Assembly (NCBI GenBank): GCA_043228905.1
Contig: JBHGNT010000016.1
Location: 8,618,001-8,682,000 of the forward strand
Reading direction: 5' to 3'
Length of the DNA stretch: 64,000 bases
From: Azolla caroliniana
Lineage: Eukaryota > Plantae > Polypodiophyta
The notes beneath the pieces were generated by a model. That model was not told the DNA's origin. It ran no database searches and was given only the letters and a program-made list of their open reading frames with translations. A program made the translations under genes and the position numbers. Below are positions 29,824-44,224 of this stretch, in pieces. How positions within the stretch are numbered: position 1 is the stretch's first letter; every line of letters starts with the position of its first letter.

Positions 29824-32800
29824 GTAGATACATGATATATTGTCGCAGAAGATTTTCAATTAAAGTGGTTCACATAGTTGGAGTTCCTTTAACACTGTTT
29901 GCAACCATAGTCCTTCTTTAGCAGCCAACGCCACTGCTACAATTTTAGCTTCAGCAGATGAGAGTGTCATAGATTCTTGTTTTTTCGATTGCCACGTCAC
30001 TACTACTCCTGCCATTATAAAAGAAAAACCAGCAGTAGATCTTCGAGAATCAACGTCCCCCAATCCGAATTAGACCAACCAACAAGTGATTTGATTGGTC
30101 TTTCGGATTGGGAACGTTTATATCTTAATCCATAGTTAGATGTGTGTTTTAGATATCGCACAACTCGTTGAAGTGATTCCCAATGCATAAGGCTAGGGTT
30201 ATGCATAAAGCGTGAAAGATAATTAATTGCAAAACAAAGGTCAGGACGAGTTCCTATGACTAAATATCGAGGTTTTCCTATTAATTGTTTAAAAGGAAAT
30301 TGTTGCATAAGATTAATATCTCTTTTTGTGGTTGGATCATCGGATATGCTTAAGTTACATGTTAGTGATAAGGGAGTAGTGCAAGGTTTAATGTTTAGCA
30401 TTCCGAAGGATTTCAAAATTTCATTAATGAATTTATTTTGATGAATTATCAAAGTGCCCATACTACGATTATGCATAACTTGCATGCCTAGGAAATAAGA
30501 TAGGGGACCTAAATCTATTATTGAAAATGCTTTGGAAAGCTCTAGCTTTACTTGAGTAATTTCAGATGGTGTTCCGACTATAGAAATGCCATCTACATAT
30601 AGTGCTACCACTAACAACCGATTAGATGTATGATTATGCCTAATGTATATATTTGGTTCTGATAACAATCTAGAATAGCCTTGTGAGAGCATAAAATTGT
30701 TAAATTTTTGAAACCATAACCTAGGAGATTGTTTGAGTTCATAAAGTGATCGATGTAACCGACACAAATAGTTTGGTTGAGAGTGTGACTCAAACCTAGG
30801 AGCTTGTGACATGTAGATTTCTTCGGGTAAATCACCATGTAGAAATGTCGTTTGTACATCCAAGTGATGTACTTCAAGGTCAAGAATGGTGGCCAGGGCC
30901 ATTAGGAGCCGACAAGATGTCATGCGAAGAACGGGTGAGAATGTCTCAGAATAGTCAAGGCCTTCAACTTGAGAAAAACCACGAGCTACAAGTTGAGCTT
31001 TGTAACGTGGAACAGTACCATCAGGGTTTAGTTTTTTCTTCAACACCCACTTGCATGAAATAGGTGAGTGTCCCATTGGGAGTGGGACTAGAGTCCATGT
31101 TTTGTTAGCCTCAAGAGATTCAAGTTCTTTTGCGATGGCAGCTTGCCATTCAACACGATTTGGACTTTGCAATGCCTCATTGATAATTAAGGGATCATCA
31201 GAAACGTTTGATGTGTTTGAGGGGGAACCAAGCGCCGAAAATGCAAACGCGGGTTCAAATTGATGGTCCACAACAAGGGCATCTCTTTTTTTGTGTCATC
31301 ATAAAGATCTTGAATAGTATGAACTTTCTTTGGAGTGGATGTAGGGCTAAGTGAACTAGGTGATTTCGCAATGTCAGAACTATTTATATGTTAGATACAT
31401 ATTGATTATTAGTGGAATATGAAGTATTTCTACATCCTATTTGAATTACTTTTGCATCGTTGGGACCAATGGTTTTCCCCTTGCCATTAAGGCGTGAGGA
31501 TTGTCGTAATGGTATAAGGAGATTTTTAATAGGATGGGAACATGAATAATCAATGTGAGCTAATTGTGTTCCATCTAAAGGTTTTTCCTTATGAGTGCTA
31601 AGGTGATTATTAAGGCTATTTTTAGTTTGGGTAGGGTTAGTGTTTAAAATTGGAGTATGTACATCAGTTTGTTGTGATTGTTTGGTTATTAGAGGTAATA
31701 AGTTGGAGTCATTGGTTGAACCTGGGACTTGTGGGCGGACCTCCAGAGATGAGGGCATTAGTGGGGCAGGGTTAATTGGCATATGGTCAAGTGTGACTTG
31801 TTGAATTTCCCGAGGACATTTGTGGAGCCCGCCAAGAATTAGTAGGTGATGATATTATTTCTTTATTGGATTCAATGTTAGACATGGTAGTCGCGTCTTG
31901 TATATTTTCATAGCCATGATGTGGGTGAGGATTAGATATCAATTTATCTTCATCAAATATCACTCGTCGACTAAATATAAATCTTTTGGATTTTGGGTCC
32001 TATAATCAATAACCCTTATATCCATGAGGTTCACCATACCTAATAAATATTGTGCGAACTGCGTGATTATCTAATTTTGATCGAGTTTCTAAGAGTACGA
32101 ATGCATATGATGGACATCCAAAGATTCTTAGATTTTCATAATTTGGATTTTTTCCAAACCACAAGGAAAATGGAGTTGTCCTAATTGATCGACTATATGT
32201 TCTATTGAATATATAACAAGCAGTTGAAACAACCTCTTCCCAATATGTTCGGGGAAGGTTTGCAATAGCAAGCATGCAACAAGTGGCATCCATATACAAC
32301 CGGTTTCATCATTCAACGCTTGAATTGTGTTGGGATGTATATGGGATAGTAAACCGTTGTTGAATCCCATGGTTTTGACAATAAGTTTGGAAGTTTTGGG
32401 ACTTGAATTCTCCACCATTATCTGATTGGAGTACTTTAATGGGTAAATCTTGTTGATTTGTTACAAGTTTATGGTAGGCTTTGAATTTCTCAAGGACTTG
32501 ATCACTACATTTTGTCTTGAGAAACGTGACCATCGTGAAACGAGTAAAGTCATCGATAAATGTTAGGAAATATACATTTCCAGATAGGGATGGGGTAGAC
32601 AAAGGACCACATATATCCCGTATGTACTAGTTGGAGGGGTTTAGTGGTCGTTGTAGGATGGGATGGAAATGGCGAGTTAGAGAGTTTTCCAAATATACAC
32701 CCTTCGCAAAGAGATAGTTTCAATTTACTAGGAAGAGTAAAACCAATTGCTATATGTTGCCGGGCCATGTGAACCATTGTTTGATGGTTTTAAGTAACCT

Positions 32801-34568
32801 AATCGATAGTGCCATAGTAAGGTCACATAGTTTGATGTGTTTGAATCATCTATGTAGTGTGCTTCTTCTGTAGGTACCGGAGAGCGGCCTAAAATGTAAA
32901 GACATCCTTGTCTTGGACAATTAATGACATAACCTCGCCCAGAGGATGTCTTATGACGAATGATACAATATTTGTGATAAAACTTGATGGATGTATTATC
33001 ATTTGTGAGTTTATTGACAGATATCAAGTTTTTTGCTATGTTAGGTACATAATAAACTTCATTGATTTCAATGAAGTTCCCATCAGAAAGTTCAAGATGG
33101 GTAGTCCCATATCCAAGGGCATATTCAACACCATTGTTCCCAAATCTCACCAGGAAAGGATGTTCTAAGACCTTATACTCTTTTAGCCATTCAACTCTTG
33201 AGGTGAGGTGACATGTGGCACCTGTATCAAGAATCCACATTGAAGTGGGAGAGTTGTTAAATGAAGTGAGGGTCATGAAGGCAATGAAAGAATCTTCACT
33301 ACCCTCATCGGAATTTTGGTCATTATGACATATGTCATTATTTTGATCGTAGTCATCATGTGATACATTGTAAGATTGGTTTTCTTTATATGTTCTTTTC
33401 CCATTCTTGTTAGAATTCCTATAACAATCTTTTGTTTCATGTCCACTCCTTTGACAATTTTTGCAATAGGATCTAAGGAACCTAGATTTGTTATGATTTC
33501 TTGAATCGTTAAATTTAGAGGTCCAATAAATTTTGGAGTTATTATTAGGTTGGTATGTTGATCTAGGTTTATTGTAAGGTTTTTTATTGTAATTTGGATG
33601 TTTGATATAAAGTGCGGTGTGAGATGAGGAGGGTTGATTTATTGTGCTACGAAGTATGTTTTCTTGTGAGATTGATGCCACTAATGTTGGGACACTAATG
33701 TTGGCTGATGTGGATTTTGTGCTTATAAATGGTTGCCATGATGAGGGTAGGGTGGATAACAAGAGGGCGGATTGAACGGAACATGGCAAACTAAGTCCTG
33801 AAAGGATCATATCATCAAGTCGAAGTCTCCAATTTTTAACAAATGTGTAATCATCATCATTTTCATTCATATTCATATTTATGAAAGTTTTTTAATTTGC
33901 AACTTGGGACATAACATCCGTATGGAGGTAATCAACCTCTAATCTATCCCATATTTGTTTGGAGGTAGTCAAGGTTCTCACACTTTGCTTAAGTGTGTCA
34001 TCCATATGAAGGAGAAGTACTAAGCGACTGTTTAAATCACGCCGTTTCCATGTTTGCACGTCAAGTGCATTTGTGGGGACATTAATGTCGGGGCACACGT
34101 TGGTTCCATCGACGATATTTAACAAGTCATGTTGTTCTAATGTAATTTCCATGGTCATACGCCATGGTTGATAGTTTTTATCATTCAATTTTTCAATGTG
34201 GACTGATAACAAATGCTGCCACATTTGTTATCACTCCACTGTTTGACATGGTCGAAAATCATTTCTTTAATTCACACGTTTGTTATTAACACCACGACAC
34301 AATTCTTGGTGGGGTTGGACTCCTTCACCACCCTGATACCATATAGGAAACAAGAAATACAAAGAGAGGGAGAGAGAGAAAGAGAGAAAGAGAAGAAACT
34401 TTATTAAATGAATGTTTTGTGTTTCTCTCTACAACCAACAGACCACAAAGAGAGAGAATGTGGTGGTTATAGGTGCACCCTATTTTTGGGGTGCACCTTT
34501 TCATATTGTGTGGCTTTTCATTTTTATACTTTTTTTTTTCTATTTACTTATTCGAAAGTAATTAGTTT

Positions 34569-34646
34569 TGTGAATAAATGGAGCTGGTGATGTAATGCAG
34601 TGAGCAAATAATTGAGTGCGTGCGTGTGTGTGTATGCACGTAATGC

Positions 34647-34691
<45 letters not shown>

Positions 34692-37600
34692 AGACAGAGA
34701 TAAAAGATTGTATATTACATTAACCAAAAATACTTCTAACCATAACTAAGTTACAAGGGGTTGGTTTAAATACCAACTAAACTAGGGCAAATGCCCTTTC
34801 TACTATTTACAAAATTAACTTGGTATGACCATGAGCTAGTGTGAAACCTATTACAATGGGAAGTTGAGTTTGACTCTCAACATGCCCCTTCGAACACAAC
34901 TTCCATCTATCGAAAAGTTGTTTCGGTTCGGTCTTTGGAATCAGGTTTCCAGCTTTCGTAATCCTCGAATGCACGTACTAATATGTTGTAGATTGATTTC
35001 TCTGGCCTGTACTCGCTTGCAGATGAAGTGGTAGTGCACTTCGATGTGTTTAGTCCGCGAGTGGAAGACGGGATTCCAAGCGAGATAGATGTTGCTCACA
35101 TTGTCGCAGAAGACGCGAATTGGATCCGTAATGGGAACACCCAGATCCTTCAGTATGCGCTTGAGCCATACGATTTCACATGCGACGAGTACCGTGCCCC
35201 TGTATTCCGTGCTCAACAGTGTGATTGTCGGCTGCTTCTTACTGCTCCCGGAGATCGCTCCGTTGCCGAGGGAGAAGATGAATCCGGATGTGGATCATCT
35301 ATCCGCTTTCTAGTCTACCTAGTCCACATCTATGTATCCTTCGAGTCGAATGGTCGTATTTGACTTATACATACCAGAGTATCCTCTTAGCACAATCAAG
35401 ATGAAGGTTTCGCGGATTCTGCATGAATTGGCTAAGTAGGCCGACCGAATAACTGAGATTTGGTCGCGTAATGGTGAGATAGATTAGGTTGCTGATTAGT
35501 GACGATACTGAGTTGACTCACACACGGTTGTGTCGAAATCGGCATCCATCTTGAGATTACGATCGAGAGGGGTGGACACAGGTTTGCATTCGGTCATTCC
35601 GAACTTGTAGAGCAAGTTGAGAACATAGTGCCATTGATAGATCATTATTCCGACTGTTGTCCAAATTACTTCAATGCCTGGGAAGTAATTGAGCTCATGC
35701 AAGTCTTTCATTTCGAATCTGCCGGAGAGAAGTGATTTGACTTTGTTAATCTCGGCGAGATCCTTTCCTCCGATGACCAAATCATCCACGTAAAGGATGA
35801 TGACAATCGGGCTATCCGAATCTTTTCAGATGTACAGGGAAGTGTCAGATTTTGACATTCGAAATCCGATCTAATGAAGATACTAAATGATCTTCGAGTG
35901 CCACGTATGGGGTGCTTGTTTGAGGCCGTATAGTGGCTTCTTGAGTCGACATACAATGTGCGGATTATTGCGCGATTCAAAACCGGGTGGTTGGATCATG
36001 TACAACTCCTCTTCCAATTCGCCTTGAAGAAAGGCGTTCTTGACGTCCATCTAGTGGAGGTTCCACCCTTTTGCTGCTGCAATTGCAATTACGGTTCGCA
36101 CAATTGTCATCTTTGCCACCGGGGAAAAGGTCTCTTCGTAGTCTATGTTGTGCATTTGCGCATATCCTTTTGCAATGAGGCGTGCTTTAAAGCGATTTAC
36201 AGAGCCATCAACATTGTGTTTCACTTTGTAAATCCATCGACAGCCAATCGTTTTCTTGTGCGGCGTGTAAGGGACGAGATCCCATGTCTTGTTTTTTCAT
36301 AACGCTTCCATTTCCTCATTCATCGCGCCAACCCATTGCGGATCCTTTACTGCTTCGGAGAGCGTCCCCGACTCCCGTACTGACGCTACCTTCATCATGA
36401 AGGCGTAATGGTACGCCATATAATCGTTGTAGCCAAATCGGCTTACGGGGTTCTTTTCACGGGTTGACCGGCGGAGCTTCTCGTTTGCTGATGCTAAGGC
36501 TTTCTTCGCGCCATTTGTCCAGATAATAGGGATGTCCAAGCCTTTGAACTCACTATCAAGGGAGTGAGTTGACACGTTGTCGATTAGATCTTCGTATTTA
36601 GACATCTTGGCCTTCCCTTTGTTGAGTTTCGGACTCGGTTGAAATGTGCTTTGGTCACTCGGGGGCTCCCGTGGTCCACTAAGCCTTGTCGTAATTGGAC
36701 TTTCTTCGTACATGTGCATGAGCCGATCTTCGTCTTCTATCTCCATTTCGGCGGATTCTGAGTCGAGCGGACTCAAAGTCGAAGTTGTGTCTGGTGCGTA
36801 CCAAGATGTGGACTCGTCGAACACTATGTCTCGACTTGTTCGAGCTTTTCGGGTAGATGGGTTGTAGCATTTGTACCCCTACGACCTTTTGTTCGAGTGA
36901 GAATCCTACGAGGATACATTTCTCCGACAACGGGTCGAGCTTTGGTCGTGTATCGTCAGGAATTTGTACGTAGGCGATAGAGCCGAAAATGCAGACATGT
37001 GATAAGTCCTGCTTTTTTTCAAAGAACTTCTCATGAGGAGTTATGTTGTGCACTCCCGAGGTTGAGCACCTATTCATGATGTATACGACCTATTCATGAT
37101 TTCGGCAAGTTCTTCTCATTTATCATAGCCTATGTGACTTCTACTATGTGCCGGTTTTTATGCTCAGCTACGTCTTTCTACTAAGGTGTGTGACGACATG
37201 AGAATTCTCGTCGGATTCCTTCCTTTCAGAGATATGCCAAAAACTCATCCGAAAAGTATTCTTTGCCTCCATCCGATCGAAGGCAGCGTACGTGCCAACC
37301 CGTAGTTTTTTCGACTTCGGCCTTGAACCTCTGGAAGTGTCTGAACACTTCGCTCTTTTGTCTCATCGGGTAGATCCAGGTGTGCCTGGAGAATTCGTCA
37401 ATGAACGTGAGGTAATATCAGCATCCGTCGAATGTGCTTATCTGGGCCGGTCCCCATACATCTGAATGTACGAAATCCAAGATCCCTTTGCTCACATTCC
37501 GCTCTTTCGGGAATGGATGGAGACGTTGTTTTTTGAACTGGCACGCTTTGCATACGCCCGTAATCTCCTTCACGGTAAAGTTCGGGAGTCCGATTATGAG

Positions 37601-39486
37601 TCCTTTCGATTGCATGTTCTGAAGCTTCTAGAGATTGATGTGACTAATTCTCTTGTGCCACAAGTTTAGATCTGTTTCGATTTTCAGGACCTTTGCGAAC
37701 ATGGCCGATTTTACCTCGTTCGATTCGAGGAACAACATACGGCCTTCACGACGGTCGTGAGCTACGACTTGATCTCCTCTTTCGATAAAGCACCCATCAT
37801 TGTTGAACCATACCTGCATTCCTTGTTCGACAATCTGGCCTACCGAGTCCAAGTTTTTTGTGATGGTAGGGATATACAATACGTTCTTGAGGTAGGTTTG
37901 TTTGCCATCGTGTCTGAATGGGACATTCCCGATATGTTGTATTGGATGTGTTGTGTCATCGCCTGTCTCGACATATCCGGGACGTTCGGGTTTTCGTAGT
38001 TCCCGATCCCAATTTCATGAGATGTCATGTGATTGGATGCTCCAAAATCGACAAACCATACGTTATTTGAGGCGGAGGCACTAGTTGAAGCATGTCCTGA
38101 CATCGAGTGTGCTTCGTGTCTCATTACAAACATTCCGCCATGATCGTCGTAGTCGGAATTCGATGCGTAATTCATGAGCTATCGACTTGTTGAAGCCGAT
38201 TCCCGTACCTTTTTCCGGCACTCCTCTTCATAGTGGTCGTGTTTTCCATAGTACCCACATTTGATCAGGGTATTGTAATTGCTTGGTCCGGTGTGATGAT
38301 TGCGATTGCTTGGTCCAGCGTGATGACTCCCCCTTTTACCGAATTCTCTGGGATCGTTCATGTCCGCTTGCCATTGCTAGGAGTTATGCTTTTGAGTCTA
38401 CCGACCATTATAGCCTTGTTCGAATCGACCTCTATTTCCATGACCGAAATTTCTTCTATCATCTGATTGGGAGTAGAGCATATGACTCTCTGGTGTGGTG
38501 CTCTTTTGTCGGGCGTGATTTTCCTCCATCAACAATATTGATTGGAGATCGAAAAATGAAGGAGGGTTCTCCCTTGCAAGGATGGTTGATCTAATCCGGC
38601 CAAGTCGGGGTGCTAAGCCGCCGAGGCATATTTGCACCATCTCGTCATTGTCGAGTACGACATTAATCGAACTGAGGGCATCACACAACTCCTTGATCTT
38701 TAAGGTATAGCTTGTGATCGACATGTCCCTCTGTTGCATGTTGTTTAGTTCCTATCGAAGTTGGAGCTTTTGTGCAGTCATGTTGGCCGCAAGAATCTTC
38801 TTGAGGTTTCCCCAAGCTTCTTTTGGTGTTTTCGAATTTCGAATATAGCCAAGCATATGATCATGAACGCATGACCGAAGGCAATACAACACACGGCTTG
38901 TGGCCTGCTCCCAAGCGGGATAGTCGGCGTGTGTTGGGTTGGTTTGAGTTTTGTGAGCTCCTTCAATGTAGCTCCAATAACCTTGTCCGACTAGGTATTG
39001 ATGCATCTTGTATTCCCAAGATGCAAAGTCTGTTCTATGAAGCTTGTCGGTAGGAAGAGCGCTTCCCATCTGATTGTTCATTATGTCCATTTCTTCTATG
39101 TTGATGAGCCGGTTCAGGTGATCGTCGTTGTGTACCACAATGCAGTTAGTTGAATAGATTCGTTTAAGCAACCGCACGCTCTAATACCATGTGAATAAAT
39201 GGAGTTGGTGGTGTAATGCAGCGGAAGATAATTGTTTGTGTGTGTGTGTGTATGCACGTAAGGCAAAACAAAGAGAGAGAGAGAGAGAGAGAGCTTAAGA
39301 CAGAGATAAAAGATTGTATGTTACATTAACCAAAATACTTCCAACAGTAAATACGTTACAAGGGGTTGGTTTAAATACCAACTAAACTAGGGCAAATGCC
39401 CTTTCTACTATTACAAAATTAGCCTGGTATGACCATGAGCTAGTGTGAAACCTATTACTATGGGAAGTTGAGTTCGACTCTCAACA
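34569..39486 (-). mobile_element. Full-length degenerate copia (family B) nested in the family-C LTR
   Basis: TSD AGTTT (34564-34568 and 39487-39491); LTRs 34569-34882 and 39190-39486; PBS 39178-39189; gag, PR, INT, RT, RNase H fragments. Confidence 0.93.
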
Positions 39487-39558
39487 AGTTTATTACAACA
39501 CTCTTTTTCAAAAGCCTCTCAACAAGTTTATCAAAAGCCTCTCTTTTTCCCATTACGG

Positions 39559-39982
39559 CTAACAATCGGCAAAGATTTGAGAGGGTTCAAATTGAGCCGT
39601 TTAAATTTTTTGAAACCTAAACCGAACCGAACTGAATCACAAAACCATTAACCCAAACCATTAAAAAGATTTCAACGGTAAAACTGCAGTTTCATGGTTT
39701 GATTTCGGTTTTAAACTTAGGTCAAATTTTAAATTTTAAATTTCAACTTTAAATATTTCATTATCTAAATTTTACAAATTTTACAAATTTTCCTAAAATG
39801 TGAGAAGAAGGTATGAGAATGAAAAGATTGTTTAAAAAAAAAAATTTAATTTTTTTTAAAAAATAAAATAAAATAACAAAACCTTTAAACCGTGGTTTTT
39901 AACTGTTGAACCGAACCGTTTAAACTGTTAAGCCATGGTTTTGTGGTTCAGTTATGTTCAAACCGAACCCTTGCCAATTGTT
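39559..39982. mobile_element. Probable hAT-type MITE
   Basis: Flanking 8-mer CATTACGG (39551-39558 and 39983-39990); imperfect TIR AACAATCGGCAAAG / CTTGCCAATTGTT; AACCG subterminal repeats. Confidence 0.6.
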
Positions 39983-40899
39983 CATTACGGTGTTGCCCCT
40001 TTCAACACTCACGAGACAAATCTAATTAGGACCTCCCCCTCCTCCTCATTGGCTCCACGCTAGGTGATTTTTAATGATGTTTTATTCTAAACACCATGTA
40101 AAGGTTTGAAACATGTGTCATATACCCAATAGAAACTCGAGTGAGAAAGTGTAAGAAACCAGAAATCACTAGGTCCTACAGGAATTTGCAAAACTAGAAT
40201 ATGGTGTGAAAAGAACGTAACCCTTTGCGCGCAGGCGCAATGATAAAAACCCCAAGATTGAACCGGGGGATCAATGGGCCACAATAAAGAACCCAAGATG
40301 TAGGATGTTTTGGTACATGGATGATGACCACCCAAATCAACGAGGACACCCTATTCAATGACCATCCCATTGGTTTGTTGATCTATTAAATTTGATGAAG
40401 CTTGGATGTTTGCGGAAGGTAAATTGTCAATGGGTATTTTGCATGTGGATGGAGGAGCATTTGTAGAAGAATTACAACCTGAGGGTACCAAACGAGGTGC
40501 AACAGTTAATGATGCCAAGAGGATTGAAACAAGTGCAAGACCACATGGAAAGAGATTTACGCTCAGGCAAACTCACCACCTTGCGCGTGGTTGATATCTC
40601 TTGCACAGCCACTCGGGCAGCAGGAAATTGACAGGGCGACAAGCATGCAAGACCTGAGTCTTGCTCGTCATCATCGCCTTCAGCATTTGCCACGTCGCCC
40701 ACATTGCTTCGGCTGACTTCCCTAGTCTAGAATGAAGCAACAACATCAAATTACACAGGTTAGGGAAAATGCCAAAGACAGGGAAAACTCGGTCACTACA
40801 CGAAATCTACAATGCTACGAATACGGTAGAGGACTACTTCGTATCTATTGTGGATTCAGATATTTTGGCATTACATTCGTATGTTATAGATGATATTAT

Positions 40900-41760
40900 T
40901 ACACTTGTTCCCATGCTTACATTGAGATAGGCTCTACGTAGTCCGAACAAAGACAACTGGTTGGAGGGCAGTACAATTTGAGGTTGATGCATTATACAAG
41001 AATCACACGTGGAAAATCGTGCCAAACCCACATAAATCAAATGTGGTGAGTTGTAACTGGTTGTTTACTAAGAAATATTATGATGCCCACGAGAACTGAA
41101 TCATGTTGGTATCTAAAGAACTTTCTTCCGTGGAGATCTGAAGGAAAAGATCTACATGGAGCAACCAAAACTCTTGAAGGATACATTGCATCCCAACTAT
41201 GTCTACAAGTTGCACAAACTGTTATATAGTTTAAAATAGTCTCCTGGGAAATGGTACGCAAAACTTCATAGATCTCTTCTCACAAATCGTTTTGTTCAAT
41301 TACATTTCGAGCCAACCTAAGTTATATATTCGAAAGAAAGATCACAACTTTCTTCTTTTGTCTATGTGGATGATCTTCCTATTTAAGTTGGCACCTCCAT
41401 GGCAGACATTCTTCAACTTGTCAATGACTTAGAACAAGCTTTTCCCACCAAACATAGTGGTGACCTAGAATATTTTCTTGGATTGGAGATCAACCGGAAT
41501 CGAATTCGTCGCACCTTATCTGTATCTCAATGCAAACTAGTTGACAACATATTGCATAAATATGATATGATGGCTTGCTCCTCGGTTGGCACTCCCCTCA
41601 CAGTCCTTTGTCATCTCTCCACCTCCAACTCTCCTTGTACAAATGAAGAAGAATCCTTCATGCAAAGTGTACCCTACCGACATATTCTACGGATTTTAAG
41701 GTATTTGGCGAGCTACACTTGTCCAAATCTATCCTATTCTACGAGATTCTTATCTAGGTT
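40900..41760 (+). mobile_element. Old copia RT remnant
   Basis: KNHTWKIVP, YVDDL, GDLEYFLGLEI, VPYR..LRYL..PNLSY motifs across frames. Confidence 0.75.
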
Positions 41761-42114
41761 TACGGAGGCCCTCAAAATTGGGAAGCTTTGGGGTGAAAGC
41801 AAGCTACGGTGTACCAACTTTTGGCCAAAATTTTAGTACTATTTTGATAAGTAGAAAAAACACTACAATTTCAAATAAATCCAATAAAAGTGACTAAAAA
41901 GTTGATAATCGCTTATTAAAAAAATAAAAGTCACATTCAATGGGTTCAAGTTTTAAAATAACAATAAATCCACACATCCTTCCAGTGTTATGTCTCTGTC
42001 CAAGTGTCCCTCGTGTAATCAATTCCAATTGAGGTTGAAGGTGCATATGCCGAGGGAAACTTGTACGGAGACTTTAATTGTTAAAGATCTTGAACTGACA
42101 ATGAATGAGTGAGT

Positions 42115-42117
<3 letters not shown>

Positions 42118-42167
<50 letters not shown>
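42118..42167. repeat. (CT)n microsatellite
   Basis: About 25 CT units. Confidence 0.95.
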
Positions 42168-42171
<4 letters not shown>

Positions 42172-42199
42172 GAGGTTTTAAAATGGACAATTCACACTC

Positions 42200-44156
42200 G
42201 TCATTGGATAATGACAATTTTAGAGCAAGCTATAAAACAAGGATTTCCAAATGATTGGCTTATGAATTGGATTAAACCAATATTTAAAGGCGGAGATAAG
42301 AATCAAGCAGCAAATTATCGTACAATAATGGTGAGCTCAACTATTGCTAAATTATATAGTACTATTATGGAGCAAAAGATAAGCACATGGGATGAGAGTA
42401 CAAGCAAAAGAGCACTTGGGCAAGCCGGATTTAGACCAAAACACTCCATCGTGGATCATTTGGTCACATTAAGAGTAATCATGGAATAGAGTCAACTACA
42501 AGGAAAAACACTTTATTGTTGTTTTGTTGATTTCAAGAAAGCTTTTGATACCGTACCACGAAGTGAGCTTTGGAATAGAATGGTAGACATTGACATGCCA
42601 TTAGAGTATCGAGTTGCGGTTGCACGCCTATATGAACAAGTTAAATGCCAACTAAAAATGGATAGTGGATTCTCAAAGAGCTTTTTAAGTAACATGGGGG
42701 TCAAGCAAGGATGTCCACTATCACCCACACTCTTTGGCTTATGTATTTATAAATTAGAAGAAGTGGTGAATAAGGTTGCAAAAGAAGAAGGATTGAGTGG
42801 CCCCAATTTGATGCAACATGTTATCTTATTGCTTCTATATGTAGATGATGTGGTGCTCTTCTCATATGATGTTGATAGTATGCAACATTTACTTGGGGTA
42901 TTAGAAGAATTTTGCCATAGTAGTGGACTAGCAGTGAATGTGGAGAAAACAAAAATGATGGTAGTGCAAACCATCCAACCTCATCATTACCCTATGCTCA
43001 CATATAAAGGTGAACATATACAATTTGTTAAAAGCTTTAAATATATTGGTATTGATGTACCCGCCACAAATAAATGGAGTGCATGCTTTGATTCTACACT
43101 CCAAGCCGGTTGGAAATCATATTACCTTTTGGAGAACCAATGCAACCAAAGTGATACTTGTGGATGGGAAGTAAAATTAATGTTGTTCATTGCCATGGTA
43201 ACTCAAGTATGATTTATGGAGTAGAAGTATGGGGTGGCACCATCTCTCTTAATGCATGGAATGAGATTGAGAAAATTCAAAAGATGTTTTTAAGGAGGCA
43301 ATTAGGACTTAAATGCACTACCTCTTAGCAGGTTATGCTCTTGGAAACGGGTGTTCGACCCATAGAACTATTGTCACTCCAAAGAGAATATAAATACATT
43401 ACAAAAGTCAAGAATATGTCGAATCATCGATTACCACATCTTTCTTGGAATGTTGGATGTAAGCTACATAAGAATCATAAAAGTAAGATTCTCTCATCTG
43501 GTTGGGTTGTTGACATAAAGAAATGGTTTAGAAGATGGGGTGTGGATGATCTTTTAGAGCTTTTAGGCAATGCTATGCAATATGTAATGATTGATGAAAG
43601 GTTGGTGGAATCATTAAGGATGAAGTGGGAGGATGCTAAGAGGACAAAGCTAGAAGACTACATTGCAAATGTCAACCCTGAATGTTGGTCTCAATATAAA
43701 GTAAGAATGTCTATTGATCGTATCCAACCTTATCTCATTACCAATATGAGTAGCAATGCTCGTAGAGCCCTTACACTACTTCGCACTCGATCTCACAAGT
43801 TAGGTATTGAAGTTGCATCATGGTATCAAAATGTAACAAATTTGAAGACATGTAAAGTATGCAATGAAGGCATGGTAGAGGATGAATGTCACTTGCTCTT
43901 CACATGCTCGACATATAGTGCTATTCATTCAAGATATGTTGACATACTAAGAGGGAGTGATAACTTAAGATCCATACTTAAGACGCCACCTAGAAGGTTG
44001 AGCTCATATGTGTATGCTTTATTAACACATAGAGACTTTGTGCTTCAACATATGAATACCCCTTCTTAGGAAGGAGACATATATCAAGAATACATGTATA
44101 CTCTGGTCCCATAGGTCAAATTTGGCCTCTTTATGGACGATAAAAATTCTAATTCT

Positions 44157-44197
<41 letters not shown>
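42200..44197 (+). mobile_element. 5'-truncated non-L1 LINE (RTE/RTEX-like) RT with C-terminal CCHC and microsatellite tail
   Basis: PIFKGGD..NYRTI, QAGFR, FVDFKKAFD, GVKQGCPLSP, LYVDDVV, FKYIG, LRTRSHKLGIE..CKVC..EDECHLLFTC; tail of (ATTCTA)n then (CT)n. Confidence 0.85.
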
Positions 44198-44202
<5 letters not shown>

Positions 44203-44224
44203 CACACACACACACACGCACAAG

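Larger units (their letters stand above)
28523..39500 (-). mobile_element. AT-rich copia (family C) with short LTRs (28523-28757; 34342-34568 plus 39492-39500), inserted in peroxidase exon 1
   Basis: Gag 33892-34224; zinc knuckle and WILDTGAT 32728-33876; integrase 32006-32602; RT 30015-31271; RNase H; PBS 34331-34341; no matching right TSD. Confidence 0.9.

Noticed and set aside
40300-40760. Possible missing peroxidase N-terminus or another host gene
   Set aside because: No signal peptide or recognisable motif in the short ORFs
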